Shown here: positions 60,246 to 64,000 of the stretch, piece after piece
Position numbering within the stretch: the first letter of the stretch is position 1
Layout of the letters: every line of letters starts with the position of its first letter
Assembly (NCBI GenBank): GCA_964270895.1
Contig: OZ185438.1
Length of the DNA: 64,000 nt
Reading direction: 5' to 3' (one strand)
Source: Podarcis filfolensis
Lineage: Eukaryota
Translations under genes and position numbers: made by a program
The notes under the pieces: model-generated
What the model was told of the DNA's origin: nothing
The model's input: the letters and a program-made list of their open reading frames with translations, nothing else
Database searches by the model: none

Positions 60246-60376
60246 CGGTGCTTTTTTTCAGGGGGTATTTAAGGGTGCTGTGTACAAGCACCTCTTTTGT
60301 TGTTAAAAAGTATGACACTTACTGTAACAACTTCAGGGTGAGTACCAGCACCTCTTTTTTCTAGAAAAAAGCACTG
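60246..60376. mobile_element. hAT-type MITE
   Basis: TIR CGGTGCTTTTTTT / AAAAAAGCACTG; exact 8-bp TSD GGGACAAG. Confidence 0.85.
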
Positions 60377-60656
60377 GGGACAAGTACATGGGGTGCGGCT
60401 TGCACCCCACTGTCCTCTTCACGCATTCACTTTAAATGTATGAAAAGGCCTGCTGCAATATCTGAATTGCCTTCCCTTCCCTTTTGGAACCAGATCATAG
60501 GAGTTAATGCTGTAGGATATCTGGGAAGATGAATAAATGTGGTTGTGGGGAGACTATCGCCTCTTCTGCTGTTTATGTTTAGTGTTTTACATATGCATCA
60601 AGATGCTATACCTAAATAAAAATGCAGATGTCTTCCCATAACCATTTATTTTTCAG

Positions 60657-60714
60657 AGACCGAACTTATGACCTTGCAAACCATAAACATATTTCAGACC
60701 CACCATGCTTCTGA
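60657..60714 (+). CDS. Speculative last coding exon (R-DRTYDLANHKHISDPPCF-stop)
   Basis: Branch-like CCATAAC and acceptor TTTATTTTTCAG at 60656. The phase-2 frame repeats the ANHKH motif of exon 2. No strong donor nearby. Confidence 0.22.
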
Positions 60715-62366
60715 ATGTGATTAAAGGAGAGTCATCATGTCACTAGCCCATAATGATGAGAGTCACAATGCAGACAGAGATTAATCGGCATACAGGGATG
60801 AAAAACGGGAATACAGCCCCAAATGCTGGCTAATTATTTGTGTGCATGTCTTAGCTATGCCTTACAGCAAAGTTGTTTTGCTTTACTTCATCTTGATATG
60901 CTGCGGCTTATTTACTAGCAAACCAAAGGAAAGCAGATGAAGAGTCTTAATAACAAGGCAAATCAAGTGCCAAATTTCAAATGCATAATTTCTCTTTAGG
61001 AATTCATTTTAGGAATATGTGATGTAGGCTAATCCTAAATTAAGTCATAGGTCACATTGAGACTATTGTGACATTTAGAATAGCTCTCACCGTGGCAAGC
61101 TTACAGGGTGACATTTAGATGGAACTTTTTAGAAATATATCACGGTCTACAGAAAGTACTGCAGAGGGAAGAAGATTTATAGAGCAGTGAGCCTATTATG
61201 CAGAACTGTAGATCTCTGCTGTCTACCAATGAGATGAGCTTTTTTGCTAATATTCACCAAGTGTCCTTTTGTCTTCCCCCTCTCCTTGTTGAAGTAACAA
61301 TTCAACTTGATGGGGTCTTTTTTAATAGTTTGAGGGGAATACTAACATTCCGCTTTTAATCATGTTTTGCAGCTATTTGATGGTTAGAAAGTCATAGTTC
61401 CATTTTTGCTGCAAGCAGCAGATTTGTACCAGAGACTGTTGAAGCAGCACACTCCTAACTATAATAATGTAGTTAAGAACTGAATAAGACACCCCGGTAT
61501 ACATTTACCATATGCTTGCATAGTGTATTTACACAGGAGGAAGGACAAAATAAATCAATGCAAAGTAATTTCAGGAGTGTGATATTACTCCTTCGAGTGC
61601 ACTGTTATCCAGAGACAAATCTACTCTTTGGAAAGTGGAAAACATAAAAAGAAATGTATCAAATGCTTGCAGTTAACTTGTGTGTGTGTCAGGCTCTGTG
61701 AAATGACTATTATAAAACATTTACATGGTGCTGTAAATTTGCATGGCATTTTATGTAATGTAGATAGCAAAGCTTCATTGAACTGTTACAACTTGAGGAT
61801 CCTGTATAAGTGCCTGTCATGCTGTAATAAATTTGTGGAAACCTAGAACTTCTCACTTTTTGAGAGCATGCACATCGTGTTCTTTTCAAAATATTTCAAA
61901 GACTATGCTACACACAGCTTCGCTCAATTTTCTTCTTCTGAAGTATCAAATAATGGTTTTTGAATGTAATATTTTTTTGGCAAGTGCCTTAAATACCAAA
62001 CCCAGCAAAATACTTGACGCTTTCAAACAAAGCAACAGCAGTCAGCACCAAGGATAGAGCAGTGTCACTGATTTAAGCAACCAGTCCCATTTATATGATT
62101 TTTATTTTGGTATTAGGGACCATCTCCAGATACACTCTCAACAGAAAACATACTTTCCTCCATTTCCCTGGCCACCAATTCTAACCAAGATGGTACAAGG
62201 CAGGTACCAATGCTTTAAATAGCGTTTGAAAGCAGTTAAGGTTGCATACTATTTAAATAATATACAACACTTTGGTAGAAAAATATTCTTTGTGGAGGGC
62301 TTTAATCTATCAGTACCAATACTGGGGGGAAGGAGCTTGATGAGCGTAAGATACTGCCTTATAATA

Positions 62367-62500
62367 CAGAGGTTTTCAACTTTTTTGAGTCCACGGCTTC
62401 CTTGACCAACTACATTCTTTCTGTGGCACTCCTGTGGGGCTCAGATGCCCAGTTATGCCACCCTTGCCTGCAGAGCTGACAGCCTCTCTTTTTTCAAACC
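62367..62500 (+). mobile_element. One end of a hAT-type MITE
   Basis: CAGAGGTTTTCAACTTTTTTGAGTCCACGG terminus typical of hAT MITEs; the partner TIR and TSD were not found. Confidence 0.5.
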
Positions 62501-64000
62501 TTTATATATACACCAATAAGTAGACGCGCTAAGGCTGACATATAATATTGACTTGATTATTTCTGCTGAATTCACTCATCTCTCAGTGTGTTTGGAAGTT
62601 GGTATATTGTAATGAGTGCATAAGGAGAAGCACCAACCACTATGCAGTGCTGTTCCATATCCTTAGTGCTTAGCTAAAGTTCTGTGTCTTGTACAGTAGT
62701 CATTGTTTGTTACCTTGGAAACATTACTGTAGGAAGTAGTTCTGCTTTGGAGGCCTGCCCTGCAAGTTCCACTGCCAGATCTCTAAAACTGTTTTATTCC
62801 AGGCCAGTATTGCATACACATGGGAGGCAGGAAGAATTAATTGAACTTTGAAATGAGAAGGAGTGTAGAGTAACATATGTGAAAAATATTTGCCATTTGC
62901 GTAAACAGTGCAAAATGGCCTGTTAACAGAATATTTTTTCAGGGCTGTGACTGAATGAAATGTGGTCATCCATGTGTTGTGGCCCCAGACAAACTTCACT
63001 TGCCACACATCCTATTATTCTTTTAAGAAGCACAGGGCTGGTTCAACTAACTGGTTCCACCAGTAGAAGCCCGCACAAGCACATCCTCTAGAACAAAAGG
63101 ACTTTCCCCACTCTCCTCCCACTGTGTGCTTCCTCACCCAAATTAGCTTGGAGGGTTGGAAGAACCCCCAGAGTATCATGGAGGGGAGGGTAGATTGTTC
63201 CATCAGGCAAACAAATGCTTGCACTGATAGAGCAATCTGCTTAGCATTACGTTTATTTCTCCCACAGACTTGACTGCTAATAATGCATTTAGCTTCCCAT
63301 CTAGTTTCGCCCTCGGAGCTATCCAACCTGCGCCAGTCTTGGCTAGCTCCTCAAGAGTACTGAATAAGCCTCAAACCAAGCCACACCATTGCCTGTGTAG
63401 CACATTATTAGGTGTGTTCTCGGTTCATTCATGGAATCAGCAGGAGTGATACAATTTGGTCAGCTTAATCAGGAAAACTTCTCCTTTAATATTTGGAAAG
63501 TTCCAATTACTCAATTTGTCACTTGGCTTTTACACAAATGTGTCACAATCTCATTAAATTTCTGCCACTGGACTTTATTGCTTTAATAATCTGTTGTAAT
63601 ATTTATGAAATGCTTTGATGGATCTTATTGGAGCCATCATGTTATACATCACAAAATACATTATATTACAAAACAATAAATCAATCACTTTGAAAAAGGC
63701 TAAAACAATGAAACTAAAATTTGAGATGCATATATCATTAATATGAAAAAGATTTTAGCTGGCTTGCAATGAAGGGGTTTTTCCTTTTCCTTTTGGTTCC
63801 TGATGCCAATCTAACACCTTTTGTTGTCATAAAAAGCAATCTAACTTTCTTTGTCTTTACAAATACCTGTTTTTCAAAGCCATAAAATTATGTGATATAA
63901 GACTACTCAGGAAGGGATAAATAGAATTAATTGTTGTTTGGTTAAAGCTATGTTCCATTTTTCTTCCATTGTAGAACTCAAAGCAGCACAAACAGAGTTT

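Noticed and set aside
60712-60720. TGA-ATG-TGA after the speculative last exon read as selenocysteines
   Set aside because: No SECIS element recognised and no similarity to selenoprotein P or other selenoproteins.

Overview
Vertebrate genomic DNA, AT-rich and dense in repeats. The repeat set (Sauria-type SINEs, BovB/RTE, Squam3/MIR-like SINE with a (CTT)n tail, CR1, L2, Penelope-like element, hAT and Tc1/mariner MITEs) points to a squamate, most likely a lacertid lizard (inference). The host-gene signal is the 5' part of a plus-strand spliced gene that I cannot name. It has a CpG-island promoter and probable non-coding first exon (~13.7-14.15 kb) and a ~24 kb first intron. Exon 2 (38541-38791) encodes a signal-peptide-like stretch followed by a His-rich segment (MTQWLVPAVLMLGLVDWTHG-QANHKHHVLHHGNVGAMDP). 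A 21-nt microexon (39182-39202) and a speculative last coding exon (60657-60714) would complete a 65-aa secreted His-rich peptide. Intron 1 holds a 5'-truncated Neptune-type Penelope-like retroelement with an uninterrupted RT/GIY-YIG frame and a minimal hammerhead ribozyme in its 3' end, next to a decayed BovB. Ten CAG...CTG-type MITEs show 8-bp target-site duplications, and there are several nested insertions. Most listed six-frame ORFs are spurious or repeat-derived. Family names were recognised by eye; no database search was run.
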